Positions 37,854 to 48,529 of a stretch of 64,000 nucleotides of DNA are shown piece by piece. The stretch lies in contig JAHQWG010000048.1 in assembly GCA_029856045.1 (NCBI GenBank), positions 1 to 64,000 on the forward strand, in the 5' to 3' direction. The notes under the pieces are model-generated. The model saw nothing but the letters and a program-made list of their open reading frames with translations, had not been told where the DNA came from and searched no databases. The position numbers were made by a program, and so were the translations under genes. This DNA is from Promethearchaeia archaeon. Its GTDB lineage: Archaea > Asgardarchaeota > Lokiarchaeia > Sigyniarchaeales > SOKP01. The stretch's first letter is position 1. Every line of letters starts with the position of its first letter.

Positions 37854-38942
37854 TTAAAGCTTTTCAGTTGATTTCTCCCATTTTTTAAATTCTGAGTCAA
37901 GTGTTGCGATAAAATCATCTGTTTTATCTACATCGAACTCTATTATATCTTTATCAATTTTAAAATTAAATTCCTCAGCCCAATCAAAAATAAAGTCCCA
38001 TAGATCGCTTTCTTTCATCTTAAGAACCTCAGCCATCCGAGATACCTCCAATCGCCGTGATACTCTAACTATTGTCGCCAACTTTGCTAGCCTTTGTTGT
38101 TGTAGCTGCTCTTGTTGTTGTTCTTCCGTGATGGGTTGTAATTTTTCTGGAACTGCTTTTATTTCTTTTTCCATTGGTGTGATGGGTTGTAATTTTTCTG
38201 GAACTGCTTTTATTTCTTTTTTAGTCGGTCTAAATTTATATAAGCTTATCGTAACAACAATATATCCGCACCAAGTGATTTGTATTGGAAACATATAGTA
38301 AAACCTTAAAATACCTGTTGTGATTATTAATAATATGCATCCAAGTATCCCAAATACAATAGAACTATTTACTTTTAACAATTGTGCAAATAAAATTGAG
38401 AGAAAAATGAAAAGGGGGCTACTCCATAAAAGAATGAGATAGAAAAAAGAATAGGGGGCTACTCCATAAAACACTGTTAGTATAAAAATTATAAGAAAGA
38501 TTAAATGAATTAATCCTATCCTGCGAAATATTCGTTTGTATTTTTCCTGAATAACCGAATATGTTAATGTATCCTTTAATTCCATCAATTTATATAAATA
38601 TAAGTTAATTGTAACCAAATAAAAACCAACAAATAAAGGTAATAATACTACATCAGCAGAACCAAAAAAAGCATCACCAATAATCAGGTTAATTCCAATT
38701 CCAATACATCCAAGTGCCCCTGATACTATAGCTTTATTTACTCTTGTAAAAAAAGCAAATATAATTGAAAGAAAAATAAAAAAAAGACCTTGCCAGCCAC
38801 CATAAACGAAAAGCATATATCCCCCTCCAGGTGGGATTGGTAAAAACGCGACTATTATAAAAAATATAATAACGATTAAATGTTTTAATCCAATGTTGCG
38901 AAACTTCTGTTTATTTTTCTCATTATCCAATAAATTTCTCAC
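37854..38942 (-). CDS. Membrane protein with a duplicated ~4-TM unit and a C-terminal PCI/winged-helix-like domain
   Basis: FRNIGLKHL..GALGCI and FRRIGLIHL..GILGCI duplication; polyQ linker; IVRVSRRLEVSRMAEVL..FDWAEEFNFKID. Confidence 0.7.
   Translation of the reverse strand: MRNLLDNEKNKQKFRNIGLKHLIVIIFFIIVAFLPIPPGGGYMLFVYGGWQGLFFIFLSIIFAFFTRVNKAIVSGALGCIGIGINLIIGDAFFGSADVVLLPLFVGFYLVTINLYLYKLMELKDTLTYSVIQEKYKRIFRRIGLIHLIFLIIFILTVFYGVAPYSFFYLILLWSSPLFIFLSILFAQLLKVNSSIVFGILGCILLIITTGILRFYYMFPIQITWCGYIVVTISLYKFRPTKKEIKAVPEKLQPITPMEKEIKAVPEKLQPITEEQQQEQLQQQRLAKLATIVRVSRRLEVSRMAEVLKMKESDLWDFIFDWAEEFNFKIDKDIIEFDVDKTDDFIATLDSEFKKWEKSTEKL
38128..38221. repeat. Exact 43-bp direct repeat, 51-bp period (KEIKAVPEKLQPIT x2)
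   Basis: GTGATGGGTTGTAATTTTTCTGGAACTGCTTTTATTTCTTTTT at 38128 and 38179. Confidence 0.93.
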
Positions 38943-39319
38943 CGAATAATTTAAATTATTAATTAATCCTTTCTGATCAATTATAATATTTGATTATATC
39001 AAATTTAATTTATTCCAAATCTGTATAAATATTTTTTAAAAATTTATGTAGCAAACCATATAGCGAATTAAGTGGAATTGATATTATTTACTCAGTTATT
39101 AATAATTAATATTTCCATAGGGAGCAAGGATGCCCTAATATTTCTAACAATTTTTATATTGATATTGCCCAATTCTTAGAAGTTAATGGAATTCTTATTT
39201 AATTTTAAGGATTAAACTTTTTATGAGTTAAATTTCTGCGCAAATTTTATTTTCTTTAATAATAATACTTTATAATAATCTAAATTTGCTAATCTTAAAA
39301 AAAAAAATTAGGAGCAAAC

Positions 39320-40252
39320 TTGCTAAAAAACAATGATAAGATTGATATAAACGATTTAGAAATCAATCCTTTATTACAACAACTTAGGGAAAACCCTATT
39401 GCAGGGAATGGAGAAAATCATTATTTCACAAGTTTTGATGGGGCAAAAATTTTTTATCGAGTTTGGAGACCGATTATTAAGATAAATAAGATTTTAATTG
39501 TAAGTCATGGGATGGGGGGACATGGAGAGTTTTTTGTGCTCTTGGCGGATAAAGTATTTAATGAAGGAATTATGGTTATCGCTCCAGATTACAGGAATCA
39601 TGGTCATTCGGATGGAAAAAAAGGAGATTTAAAGAGATTTAATTATATTTTACAAGATCTTCATGAATTCATAAATTATATTTCTGAGCAATATCCAGAT
39701 ACGCCAATTTATTTGTTGGGAGAAAGCATGGGCGGTGCAGTCAATATAAATTATGTAGCAGAATACCCTGAAAATTTAACTGGAATGATTTTATTTTCTC
39801 CAGCTGTGAAAATAGAATTTTCACTAAAGAGAAGAATATTATTGATACTTATTGCACTACCTTTACTAATTTTAAGAATTTTTGCACCAAGTTCAAGTAT
39901 AATTGGCGCAAGAGGAAGTGAGGATGAGGGAATTAGGAACCCCATTCATCAACAATATGATAAAACAGATCCAAATCATTTAAAAAAGATATCAGCACGA
40001 TATTTAATTCAACTTTTAAAATATATTCGCAAATCAGTCTCAAAGGCTTCAAAAATAAATATTCCTACTGTAATTTTTCAAGGAACATCAGATGTGGAAG
40101 TTTCACAAGAGGGGGTTTCTAAATTTTTTGAAAGACTAAATTCAGATATGAAAGAGTTGTATTTAATTGAGGGAGGTTATCATTGTCTTTTGACAGATCC
40201 AGATTTTCAAGATAAATGGCATATTTTAATTGAATGGTTAAAAAAGCATTAG
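39320..40252 (+). CDS. Alpha/beta hydrolase, lysophospholipase/monoacylglycerol lipase-like
   Basis: HGMGGH, DYRNHGHS, GESMGG nucleophile, QGTSD, GGYH. Confidence 0.92.
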   Translation: MLKNNDKIDINDLEINPLLQQLRENPIAGNGENHYFTSFDGAKIFYRVWRPIIKINKILIVSHGMGGHGEFFVLLADKVFNEGIMVIAPDYRNHGHSDGKKGDLKRFNYILQDLHEFINYISEQYPDTPIYLLGESMGGAVNINYVAEYPENLTGMILFSPAVKIEFSLKRRILLILIALPLLILRIFAPSSSIIGARGSEDEGIRNPIHQQYDKTDPNHLKKISARYLIQLLKYIRKSVSKASKINIPTVIFQGTSDVEVSQEGVSKFFERLNSDMKELYLIEGGYHCLLTDPDFQDKWHILIEWLKKH

Positions 40253-40270
40253 TAAAGGATTATTTATTAT

Positions 40271-41245
40271 TTGTTATTTGACTATCTAAGACTAGATGTT
40301 AAAAAAAAATTGATTTTCGAAATGAAAGATAAAAGAACTGCGGTTGTTGGAGCGGGATGGTTTGGTCGAGCGCATATAAGGAATTATAATCAACTTTCCA
40401 AATTAGTTGCTGTTTGTGATGCAAATAAAGAGAATTTAGAGCTTGTGAAAACACTTTATGATAATATTAACGTTTATACTAATGTAGATGATATGATTAA
40501 AAGTGAAGATATTGATGCAGCTAGTGTAGTTACACCACCATCAAATATTCCAGCAATATCTAGGAAATTTGCTGAGAAAGGTATAGATGTATTGATGGAG
40601 AAGCCAATGGCATTAAGATTATCTGATTTAGAACAATTTAAAGAATTTACAAATTGCCGTATCATGCCTGGTTTTATTGAATTATATAACCCCGTTTTTG
40701 ATAAACTATTAGAGAATCTTCCAGAGATTGGTGAGATCATTACTGTTGCCTCAAAAAGGATAGGTCTTTATCCCAAAAGAGATTGGAATATGGGAGTTAT
40801 TTTGGATTTATCAATTCATGATATTTATTTGCAAGAGAGAATTCTAGGTGAAGTAAAAAATGCTATTGGAATGGTAAATCGGTTTGTTGATAACAAACAT
40901 GAGGATGCGGCATTTATTTTATTAGATTTTGGAAAAGCAAAAGGTTCAATTGAATCTAATTGGTATACTCCAACAAAATTTCGAAGAATGTATGTTCATG
41001 GAGCTAATGGAACTATTGAGATAAATTTTATATCTCAAACATTTAATTTTCAAAAAGGTTTGAATTTATTGGGAGACAACCCAGCGACTAAGGATGAGAC
41101 ATATTCTCCATTAAAACTGGAAGAACCATTAAAAAGGGAAATCTTAAATTTCCTATATGATAAGGATAAAGATATTAAGGTAACTCTAGATGATGGAATA
41201 CGAGCTCTAAAGATTGCATTGGAAGTTATTGAGAAAGCAAATTAA
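40271..41245 (+). CDS. Gfo/Idh/MocA oxidoreductase (possible nucleotide-sugar 3-dehydrogenase)
   Basis: VGAGWFG..H, MEKP, DLSIHD; start is more likely ATG 40322. Confidence 0.88.
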   Translation: MLFDYLRLDVKKKLIFEMKDKRTAVVGAGWFGRAHIRNYNQLSKLVAVCDANKENLELVKTLYDNINVYTNVDDMIKSEDIDAASVVTPPSNIPAISRKFAEKGIDVLMEKPMALRLSDLEQFKEFTNCRIMPGFIELYNPVFDKLLENLPEIGEIITVASKRIGLYPKRDWNMGVILDLSIHDIYLQERILGEVKNAIGMVNRFVDNKHEDAAFILLDFGKAKGSIESNWYTPTKFRRMYVHGANGTIEINFISQTFNFQKGLNLLGDNPATKDETYSPLKLEEPLKREILNFLYDKDKDIKVTLDDGIRALKIALEVIEKAN

Positions 41246-41326
41246 AAATGGAAAGATTAATTATTAATAAATTATTGGATTAAATTAAGTCTTGATAAAC
41301 TTTTAGAAGAACTGGTGAATTAGAAA

Positions 41327-41746
41327 TTGCCTGAAGATGAAAAAGAGGAACATGAATTGGAGAAAATTCGAATGAATAAATTAAAAATGATGTTGGAAAG
41401 ACAAAAGATACACGAAATTCAAAATGTACAAGAAAAACAGATTTATGATAAAATTGATGTGATATTTCGTGCAATTCTCAGCCCCGATGCTTATAATCAT
41501 TTAATTAATTTAAAAAATTCAGATCCAAAAGTTTATTGGGCGATCTTTAATACTTTAGTGACTCCAAGTGTAATTGAACAGATCGATTTATTATTAATGA
41601 TAATCAATGAAGGAAATGCCTTATTAAGAAGAATGCCTCTTGAAACTATCGTATATCTAGAAAGAAAGTTTAAAGGGACAAAGATATCAATTAAAGTCAA
41701 AAGACGAGACGAGGAAGCTGTTGACCTATCGTCTTATTTAAAATAG
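41327..41746 (+). CDS. Divergent PDCD5-like DNA-binding protein
   Basis: ELEKIRMNKL, RAILSPDAYNHLINLK..P, C-terminal ISIKVKRR. Confidence 0.55.
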   Translation: MPEDEKEEHELEKIRMNKLKMMLERQKIHEIQNVQEKQIYDKIDVIFRAILSPDAYNHLINLKNSDPKVYWAIFNTLVTPSVIEQIDLLLMIINEGNALLRRMPLETIVYLERKFKGTKISIKVKRRDEEAVDLSSYLK

Positions 41747-41772
41747 ATGGATTTTTAAAAAAAATACATTAA

Positions 41773-42327
41773 TTATTGTTCTCTTCCTGAAATAATTGCA
41801 GTCACTTTATAACTATTATTATTTATCTTTTCTCCGTCAATTGAAAAAAATTGAAATGCAAATGGTCGTTTAAAGATTTGTTCGACCATATATCCATAGG
41901 AACTTATTGTAAAAATAAAAAGTCGTTTAGAGATACTCTCAACAGAAACATCAAGATTTAATTCATGTAGGACCTCCTTTAAGGTCTCAATTTCTTTTTC
42001 GTTATATTGATAAGAAAATACAAGTTTGAAATCTACTGGCGTTGGAGCTTCAGGATCATCATATGTAAGGTCAGATTTTCGAAAAGGAAAAAGTGTAGAT
42101 AAATAAAAATTGAAAAATTCACGATAATGATTTTTTAAGAGATAAGAGATTTTGAACCCCTCAGCATATTTTGGCCAATGTTCTCTCATGGCTTCAAATA
42201 ATTTGGGATAATTTTTTTTCTTTCGTTCGCTTTCTTTTTTTAAAAATAATAATAGCTTATTCTCTATTGGTTTAAACTCACATTCTTTTCCAACTCGTAA
42301 TAAAAATTGCTTAAAGCGAACGGACAT
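41773..42327 (-). CDS. Hypothetical protein
   Basis: 184-aa ORF with ATG filling the gap; no recognised motif. Confidence 0.7.
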   Translation of the reverse strand: MSVRFKQFLLRVGKECEFKPIENKLLLFLKKESERKKKNYPKLFEAMREHWPKYAEGFKISYLLKNHYREFFNFYLSTLFPFRKSDLTYDDPEAPTPVDFKLVFSYQYNEKEIETLKEVLHELNLDVSVESISKRLFIFTISSYGYMVEQIFKRPFAFQFFSIDGEKINNNSYKVTAIISGREQ

Positions 42328-42627
42328 AATTTTCTTGATAAATTAAGTTAATTTATGATATATTTTTAGACAGTAAGAACTTAATTCTTATGTTAACACC
42401 TATTAAGATCTATTAAATTTTATTTTTTTTGATTTTATATTTAGTTATATTATGAAAATATTATATTACGCCTTTTTTTATCTTCTTGTTATAAATTTTG
42501 AATATTTTTTTGATAAGTAAATTTATTTAAATTTAAAATGGAATTTAAAGTAAATATTATTATGCAAATATAGTTAATTCATTCCTATTGAATGATATTA
42601 CACTTTATTAATCCTTGAGAATAAATT

Positions 42628-44118
42628 ATGAAAAGACACATAACTTCTCTATTATTAATTATACTCTTATTTTTCAATGTCATAATTGTTGGAAATTCTT
42701 TAGTCTGTGCAAATGAGAATGAAACAATTGATGAGACAATAGTAAATGTAAGAGCAAAAAATATTTTTCTACAGACTAAATTATTTTTATATGAAATAGA
42801 AAACGGATTAAAAGGAGTTGGATATGATGATTATATCGGGTTAATTGATATTGAAGCAGAAAATAATTCATATGCCCAAGAAAAAATCTTTACATTGGCT
42901 GCGTTTTATCATAAATATTTTATATCAGGAACTACGATGACTTATGCATGGGCAGAAAATGAGCTATTAACACCATTACAATCAAATTTTTGGAAATATC
43001 ACAAGATTTTGAGAGCGGAAAGTGAAGAAAATGGGAGTAAATATTTTACAATTGATAGTATGATTGCTTTAGAATTTTTATCAAGTGCATATCGTGATTC
43101 TCAAAACAATATTATTAAAAACCAATTAATAGAACCTTTATTCATTCAGCGAGAATCTATGAAGGCAAATAATACACTTGAATATCACGGTCCCTCTCAA
43201 TCTGATCATTTAGCATTCTGGACTGCAATTGAAGGAGTAGGTTATGAAACAGATCTTAATTCTTATCATAAATATATATCTGGAGGAGATCCGAATCTTC
43301 AATATTGCTTAGCGAATACCTCTTTATGGGCAATTGCAGGTATGCTAAATTATGGATTGTTGGGTAGAGAAACTTCAATCGATGTTGAGAAAGAAGTTTT
43401 TAATGCATCTCTTAACGATGCTCAAAAAACAATGAAATATCTTGAAGATATATTATTTATTAATGGAACTGGGTTTAAAGAATATAATATTGCTTCAACA
43501 GATAAAATCATCTTCAGAACGCAAGCTCTATCATTATTATCTTATGCAAGACTATATCAAGCCACTGGAAATGTGGTATATATTGATAAAGCAGAGAATG
43601 TTATCGTTAATATTATAAAACCTTATTTTATTGATTCTGAAGAAGGGGGAGCTGTTTTATGGTTTAACTCAACTTCAGGAATAGGTGCAAATATTAAAGA
43701 AGGTTATGGGAACGCACTCTATGCATATAGTTTAATTGAATTATATAAGGCAACTGGCAGAGAAAGATATTTAATACTATCTTTGGAAGTAATTAATTTC
43801 TTAAATAATTATATGTATAAAAAAAGCGCTGATGGATTAATCGAAGGATATATAGAATATATTCGAAAAAATGGAACAATTTACGATCCCCCCGGATTTC
43901 TCAGTAATACAACTAGATTGTGGAAAACAAATGCACTTATATTTTATGTTAATGAGGAAATATATTCCACCTATAGACCTTTGCATGTTAAATACATATT
44001 ATGGATGATTATCGGCATAACAACTGTAATTGGAGTAATAATAATTATAAATATCGCCGTTAAACGAAAAATTGTCTATAAAAATTTATCCAAATCAACA
44101 AAAATTTTGACTAAATAA
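42628..44118 (+). CDS. Exported, C-terminally anchored (alpha/alpha)-barrel protein (GH76/AGE-like)
   Basis: Signal peptide; RLYQATGN..YIDKA and ELYKATG.ERYL hairpin repeats; C-terminal TM plus basic tail. Confidence 0.7.
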   Translation: MKRHITSLLLIILLFFNVIIVGNSLVCANENETIDETIVNVRAKNIFLQTKLFLYEIENGLKGVGYDDYIGLIDIEAENNSYAQEKIFTLAAFYHKYFISGTTMTYAWAENELLTPLQSNFWKYHKILRAESEENGSKYFTIDSMIALEFLSSAYRDSQNNIIKNQLIEPLFIQRESMKANNTLEYHGPSQSDHLAFWTAIEGVGYETDLNSYHKYISGGDPNLQYCLANTSLWAIAGMLNYGLLGRETSIDVEKEVFNASLNDAQKTMKYLEDILFINGTGFKEYNIASTDKIIFRTQALSLLSYARLYQATGNVVYIDKAENVIVNIIKPYFIDSEEGGAVLWFNSTSGIGANIKEGYGNALYAYSLIELYKATGRERYLILSLEVINFLNNYMYKKSADGLIEGYIEYIRKNGTIYDPPGFLSNTTRLWKTNALIFYVNEEIYSTYRPLHVKYILWMIIGITTVIGVIIIINIAVKRKIVYKNLSKSTKILTK

Positions 44119-44439
44119 TTCTAATCGAATTTTTATTTTCTCTTTAATATTAAATGTAAAACCCATTTCTAAGAGTTATTTAATCTTAGATTTTAAAAAG
44201 TTTTAAGAACATGCTCTATTATTTATTTTTTTTTAATTCTCTTATTTTTTCTACTTTTAACTAAATTCCATTAATTTATCGTGTTGAATAGTTATGAACA
44301 AAAAATAAAAATTCGGTGGATAATTGAGAAAAAAAATTAAAAATAAACATAATTTTTATTTGATAATTGTGACAATATTTAAAAACATATAGAGAGAGAT
44401 CTATACATTTAATTAAACTTCATATGGGTGTAATAATCT

Positions 44440-47286
44440 ATTAAACGAAACAATTTTAAATTAGTCTTATTGATCTCTTTGATCATTTTTTTTAGTGGCT
44501 TCACAGCTATTTCTCTCTATAATAACATCAATTTATTGAAGGATAGTGTCGTCGAAGATTTAGAGAGATTTTCAGATGAATTAAAAATTTCTGCTTGGAA
44601 TTGGAGCACGACCAAGGTTGTCTCCACGGAAAGCACAGAGGATTCTGGATATCCAACAATCGCAGTGGACGGTTCCGGAAACGTGCACATCGCATGGTAT
44701 GATGAGACGGAATATGGTGGATCGGGAGATGATTGGGATATATTTTATAAGCACTGGAACATGACCACGGCGAACTGGACTACGACGGAGGTGATCTCCA
44801 CGGAAGGCACTAATGTTTCTTATACTCCAACAATAGCAGTTGACGATTACGGAAACGTATTTATTGCATGGGAAGATCTTGCGGATTATAACAATTCGGG
44901 AGTGGACCGTGATATATTTTATAAGTATTGGAACGCGACTACGGCGACCTGGACCACAACCGAAGTCGTTTCCACGGAAAGTACTGGTTCTTCTTATTTT
45001 TCAACAATGGCAGTGGACGGTTCAGGAAACGTACATATTGCGTGGAATGATTATACGAATTATAAAAGTTCAGGAGGGGATCTTGACATATTTTATAAGT
45101 ATTGGAACGCAACCACGGCGACTTGGAACACGACCGAGGTGGTCTCCACGGAAAGTACTGCTTTTTCTTCAGAGCCAACAATAGCAGTGGACGGTTTCGG
45201 AAACGTATATATTGCGTGGGAGGATCAAACGGATTATAAAAGTTCAGGAGCGGACAATGATATATTTTATAAGTATTGGAACGCGACTACGGCGACTTGG
45301 AATACGACCGAGGTCATCTCTAATGAAAGCACTAGTGATTCTTGTTCTCCAACATTAGCAGTGGACGGTTCCGAAAACGTGCACATTGCGTGGCATGATG
45401 AGACGGAATATGGTGGATCGGGAGATGATTGGGATATTTTTTATAAGTATTGGAACGCAACCACGGCGAACTGGACTACGACGGAAGTGATCTCCACCGA
45501 AAGCACTGATGATTCTTTTTCTCCAACATTAGCAGTGGACTTTTTGGGAAAATTGCACATTGCATGGCAGGATGAAACGAATTATGGCGGTTCGGGAGGT
45601 GATTATGACATATTTTATAAACACTGGAACGCGACCACGGCGACTTGGACCACGACCGAGGTAATCTCCACGGAAAGCGCTGGTAATTCTCATTCTCCAA
45701 CAATAGCAGTGGACTTTTTGGGAAAAGTGCATATTGCATGGACTGATAAAACGAATTATGGCGGTTCGGGAGGCGATGATGATATATTTTATAAAAAATT
45801 CATATTATCTCCATCGGATCCATCAATAGTAATAAATAATGGAGATGCGAGTACAAATTCCACCTTAGCGAATCTCACGCTCTCGGCGGATGGAGCAGAA
45901 GAAATGTGTTTTAGAAATGGGACATCCATATTTTGGACTAATTGGGAAGCATACGCCACAACAAAACAACTATATTTAGAAGGCTCTACAAATAATACGG
46001 GATATTCAATCTATGTGAAATTTCGAAATGCAACAGGAGTATCTCCCCAAGTCGGTGATAGCATTTTATTTTTAATTTTCACACCCTTGAATCCATCAAT
46101 AATTATAAATAACGGAGATGCAAGTACAAATTCCACCTTAGTGAATCTCACGCTTTCAGTGGATGGAGCAACAGAAATGTGCTTCAAAAATGGGACGGAT
46201 GTTACATGGACCAGTTGGGAGGCGTATATTACGACAAAACAGTTGTATTTAGAAGGGTCTACAAATAATACGCAATATTCAATCGATGTGAAGTTTCGAA
46301 ATGCAACAGGAGAGACCTCCCCAGTTGGTGATAGCATCCTCTATTTAATTTTCACACCATTGAATCCATCAATAATTATAAATAATGGAGATGCAACTAC
46401 TGATTCTGTCTTAGTGACTCTCACGCTCTCGGCGGATGGAGCAACAGAAATGTGCTTTAGAAATTGGACGGGTGGTTCATGGACCAGTTGGGAGGCGTAT
46501 AGTACAACAAAACAGTTGTATTTAGAAGGCTCTACAAACAATACGGAATATTCAGTCTATGTGAAATTTCGAAATGCAGCAGGAGAAACTTCCCCAGTCG
46601 GTGATAGCATCCTATATTTAATTTTCACACCATTAAATCCATCAATAGTAATAAATAATGGAGATGCAACTACTGATTCTATCTTAGTGAATTTAACGCT
46701 CTCGGCGGATGGAGCAACAGAAATGTGCCTTAGAAATGGGACGGGTGGTGCCTGGACCAGTTGGGAGGCGTATAGTACAACAAAACAGTTGTATTTAGAA
46801 GGCTCTGTAAACAATGTGGTATATTCAATCTATGTGAAATTTCGAAATGCAATAGGAGAGATTTCCCCAGTCGGTGATAGTATCCTATTCTTAATTTACA
46901 CACCATCGAATCCATCAATAATTATAAATAATGGAGATGCGAGTACTGATTCTACCTTAGTAACTCTCACACTCTCGGTGGATGGAGCAGACGAAATGTG
47001 TTTCAGAAATGGAACAACTGGTACATGGACCAGTTGGGAGTCGTATGGTACAACAAAACAGTTATATTTAGAAGGCTCTGTAAACAATATGGAATATTCA
47101 ATTTATGTGAAATTTCGAAATGCATTAGGAGATACTTCCCCAGTCAGTGATAACATTCTATATTTGATCACGGAAGAAACGGTAATCCCTGGATATCCAG
47201 TCGGATTTATTATCATTTCATTACTTGCAGGAATAGGAGTAATTGTAATTCTTAATAAATCTAAGAGAATAAAATTGAGAAACTAA
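44440..47286 (+). CDS. Cell-surface glycoprotein: 7-bladed propeller-like region, 5 Ig-like repeats, Loki-CTERM
   Basis: Signal peptide (n-region KRNNFK from ATT 44440; track starts at 44470), many N-x-S/T sequons, C-terminal IPGYP-TM-basic tail. Confidence 0.88.
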   Translation: MKRNNFKLVLLISLIIFFSGFTAISLYNNINLLKDSVVEDLERFSDELKISAWNWSTTKVVSTESTEDSGYPTIAVDGSGNVHIAWYDETEYGGSGDDWDIFYKHWNMTTANWTTTEVISTEGTNVSYTPTIAVDDYGNVFIAWEDLADYNNSGVDRDIFYKYWNATTATWTTTEVVSTESTGSSYFSTMAVDGSGNVHIAWNDYTNYKSSGGDLDIFYKYWNATTATWNTTEVVSTESTAFSSEPTIAVDGFGNVYIAWEDQTDYKSSGADNDIFYKYWNATTATWNTTEVISNESTSDSCSPTLAVDGSENVHIAWHDETEYGGSGDDWDIFYKYWNATTANWTTTEVISTESTDDSFSPTLAVDFLGKLHIAWQDETNYGGSGGDYDIFYKHWNATTATWTTTEVISTESAGNSHSPTIAVDFLGKVHIAWTDKTNYGGSGGDDDIFYKKFILSPSDPSIVINNGDASTNSTLANLTLSADGAEEMCFRNGTSIFWTNWEAYATTKQLYLEGSTNNTGYSIYVKFRNATGVSPQVGDSILFLIFTPLNPSIIINNGDASTNSTLVNLTLSVDGATEMCFKNGTDVTWTSWEAYITTKQLYLEGSTNNTQYSIDVKFRNATGETSPVGDSILYLIFTPLNPSIIINNGDATTDSVLVTLTLSADGATEMCFRNWTGGSWTSWEAYSTTKQLYLEGSTNNTEYSVYVKFRNAAGETSPVGDSILYLIFTPLNPSIVINNGDATTDSILVNLTLSADGATEMCLRNGTGGAWTSWEAYSTTKQLYLEGSVNNVVYSIYVKFRNAIGEISPVGDSILFLIYTPSNPSIIINNGDASTDSTLVTLTLSVDGADEMCFRNGTTGTWTSWESYGTTKQLYLEGSVNNMEYSIYVKFRNALGDTSPVSDNILYLITEETVIPGYPVGFIIISLLAGIGVIVILNKSKRIKLRN
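44596..45801 (+). repeat. Seven 174-bp (58-aa) coding repeats
   Basis: W.TTEV.STES...S..PT.AVD..G.VHIAW.D...Y..SG.D.DIFYK.WNATT x7. Confidence 0.93.
45811..47165 (+). repeat. Five 273-bp (91-aa) coding repeats
   Basis: PSI.INNGDA.T.S.LV.LTLS.DGA.EMC..NGT...WT.WEAY.TTKQLYLEGS.NN..YSIYVKFRNA.G..SPVGDSIL x5. Confidence 0.93.
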
Positions 47287-47819
47287 CTTCCAAAAAGAGA
47301 ACTGGAAATTGCTTTTTTAAATTATAACTCTTTTCCTTTTCGTATAAATCAAGCTACTAATTCATTGCATTTAAGAGAGTTATTTAAAACTTGAATTTTT
47401 TCCATGATATTAAGAGCACATGAAAAATCCATTTAAGGGTATAATATCCAATTGATATGAAGGAGAAATCTTATAGCATGTGAAATTATCTAATGCGTTA
47501 TATTAATCAATACAAAAATATTAGAAATTATATTAATTACCAAATTTTCATAAATATTTGTAAGGTTAAATTTATAAAATAAGATAAAGAATTCTTTCTA
47601 AAGTGATTAGATAAATGTAAAAATAACCCAATAAATTATATACATCATTTTTTACCTCCTTTTTTCGAGTAAATTCAATTTTATATTAGATAAAAATTTT
47701 CAATACTTCCATTTTATAAAAAATTAATCTCCAGAAAGACTATGATTAAAAGAGAAAAAATCCTTAAAATATTCAAAGAATATAAAATTTTCTAATAAAA
47801 GAGTGAAAATAAGATAGAT

Positions 47820-48113
47820 ATGATTAGGAAAGAAGAAATTTTAAAAACTCTAAAAAAGTTTAAACAAGAAGTGAAAAAGAAATATAAAGTAAGAGAATTA
47901 GGTCTTTTTGGCTCATACATAAATGAAAAACAAAAAGAAAGTAGTGATATTGATATTCTTGTAGAATTTGATGAAAAAGCTGACCTTTTCGATCTTATAA
48001 GACTTTCGCTATTTCTTGAGGAAAAATTAAATAAGAAAGTTGATATTGTTCCAAAAAGTGCATTAAGGGAGGAGATTAAGGAGAATATCCTTCAAAAGGT
48101 AATATATGCATGA
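47820..48113 (+). CDS. MntA-type nucleotidyltransferase antitoxin
   Basis: LGLFGSY....QKESSDIDILVEF..LEEKLNKKVDIV. Confidence 0.92.
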   Translation: MIRKEEILKTLKKFKQEVKKKYKVRELGLFGSYINEKQKESSDIDILVEFDEKADLFDLIRLSLFLEEKLNKKVDIVPKSALREEIKENILQKVIYA

Positions 48114-48412
48114 GAAATTATAGAATCTACTTAAAGGACATATTTAATGCATTAGAAAGCATAGAAAAATTCATACAAGAGATGAATTTTGAAGAGTTTA
48201 AGAAAGACGATAAAACCTCAAGCGCTGTTATTAGAAAGTTTGAAATAATTGGGGAAGCTGCAAAAAATATTTCAGAAGGGTTAAAACAAAAATATCCTCG
48301 AGTTCCATGGAAAGAAATGGCAGGAATGAGAGATAAATTGATTCATTTTTATTTTGGAGTGGATTATAAATTAGTTTGGATGACGATAAAAGAAAGGTTA
48401 ATCAAAATTTAA
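48110..48412 (+). CDS. HepT-type HEPN ribonuclease toxin (DUF86), possibly C-terminally clipped
   Basis: EIIGEAAK, VPWKEMAGMRDKLIHFYFGVD (R-x4-H-x-Y); ATGA overlap with mntA. Confidence 0.9.
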   Translation: MRNYRIYLKDIFNALESIEKFIQEMNFEEFKKDDKTSSAVIRKFEIIGEAAKNISEGLKQKYPRVPWKEMAGMRDKLIHFYFGVDYKLVWMTIKERLIKI

Positions 48413-48529
48413 TTTTCTCTTTAATAATAATTATAAAATCAATCTCTCTTCCGCCACCTCCTTGAATCATAATCAATTTTTTAAAAGTATAAAAATGAAA
48501 TTAAAATAAAACAAAGCATATGATTATTT

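Noticed and set aside
37662-37871. 69-aa ORF in the track
   Set aside because: It overlaps the tRNA-Tyr gene entirely; spurious.
37816-39300. Integrated provirus or island at tRNA-Tyr
   Set aside because: No integrase and no duplicated tRNA 3' end (att) seen in the window.
44596-47165. Repeats as a CRISPR array or diversity-generating retroelement target
   Set aside because: They are in-frame coding repeats with no spacers. No cas or reverse transcriptase gene lies in the window, and differences are not adenine-specific.
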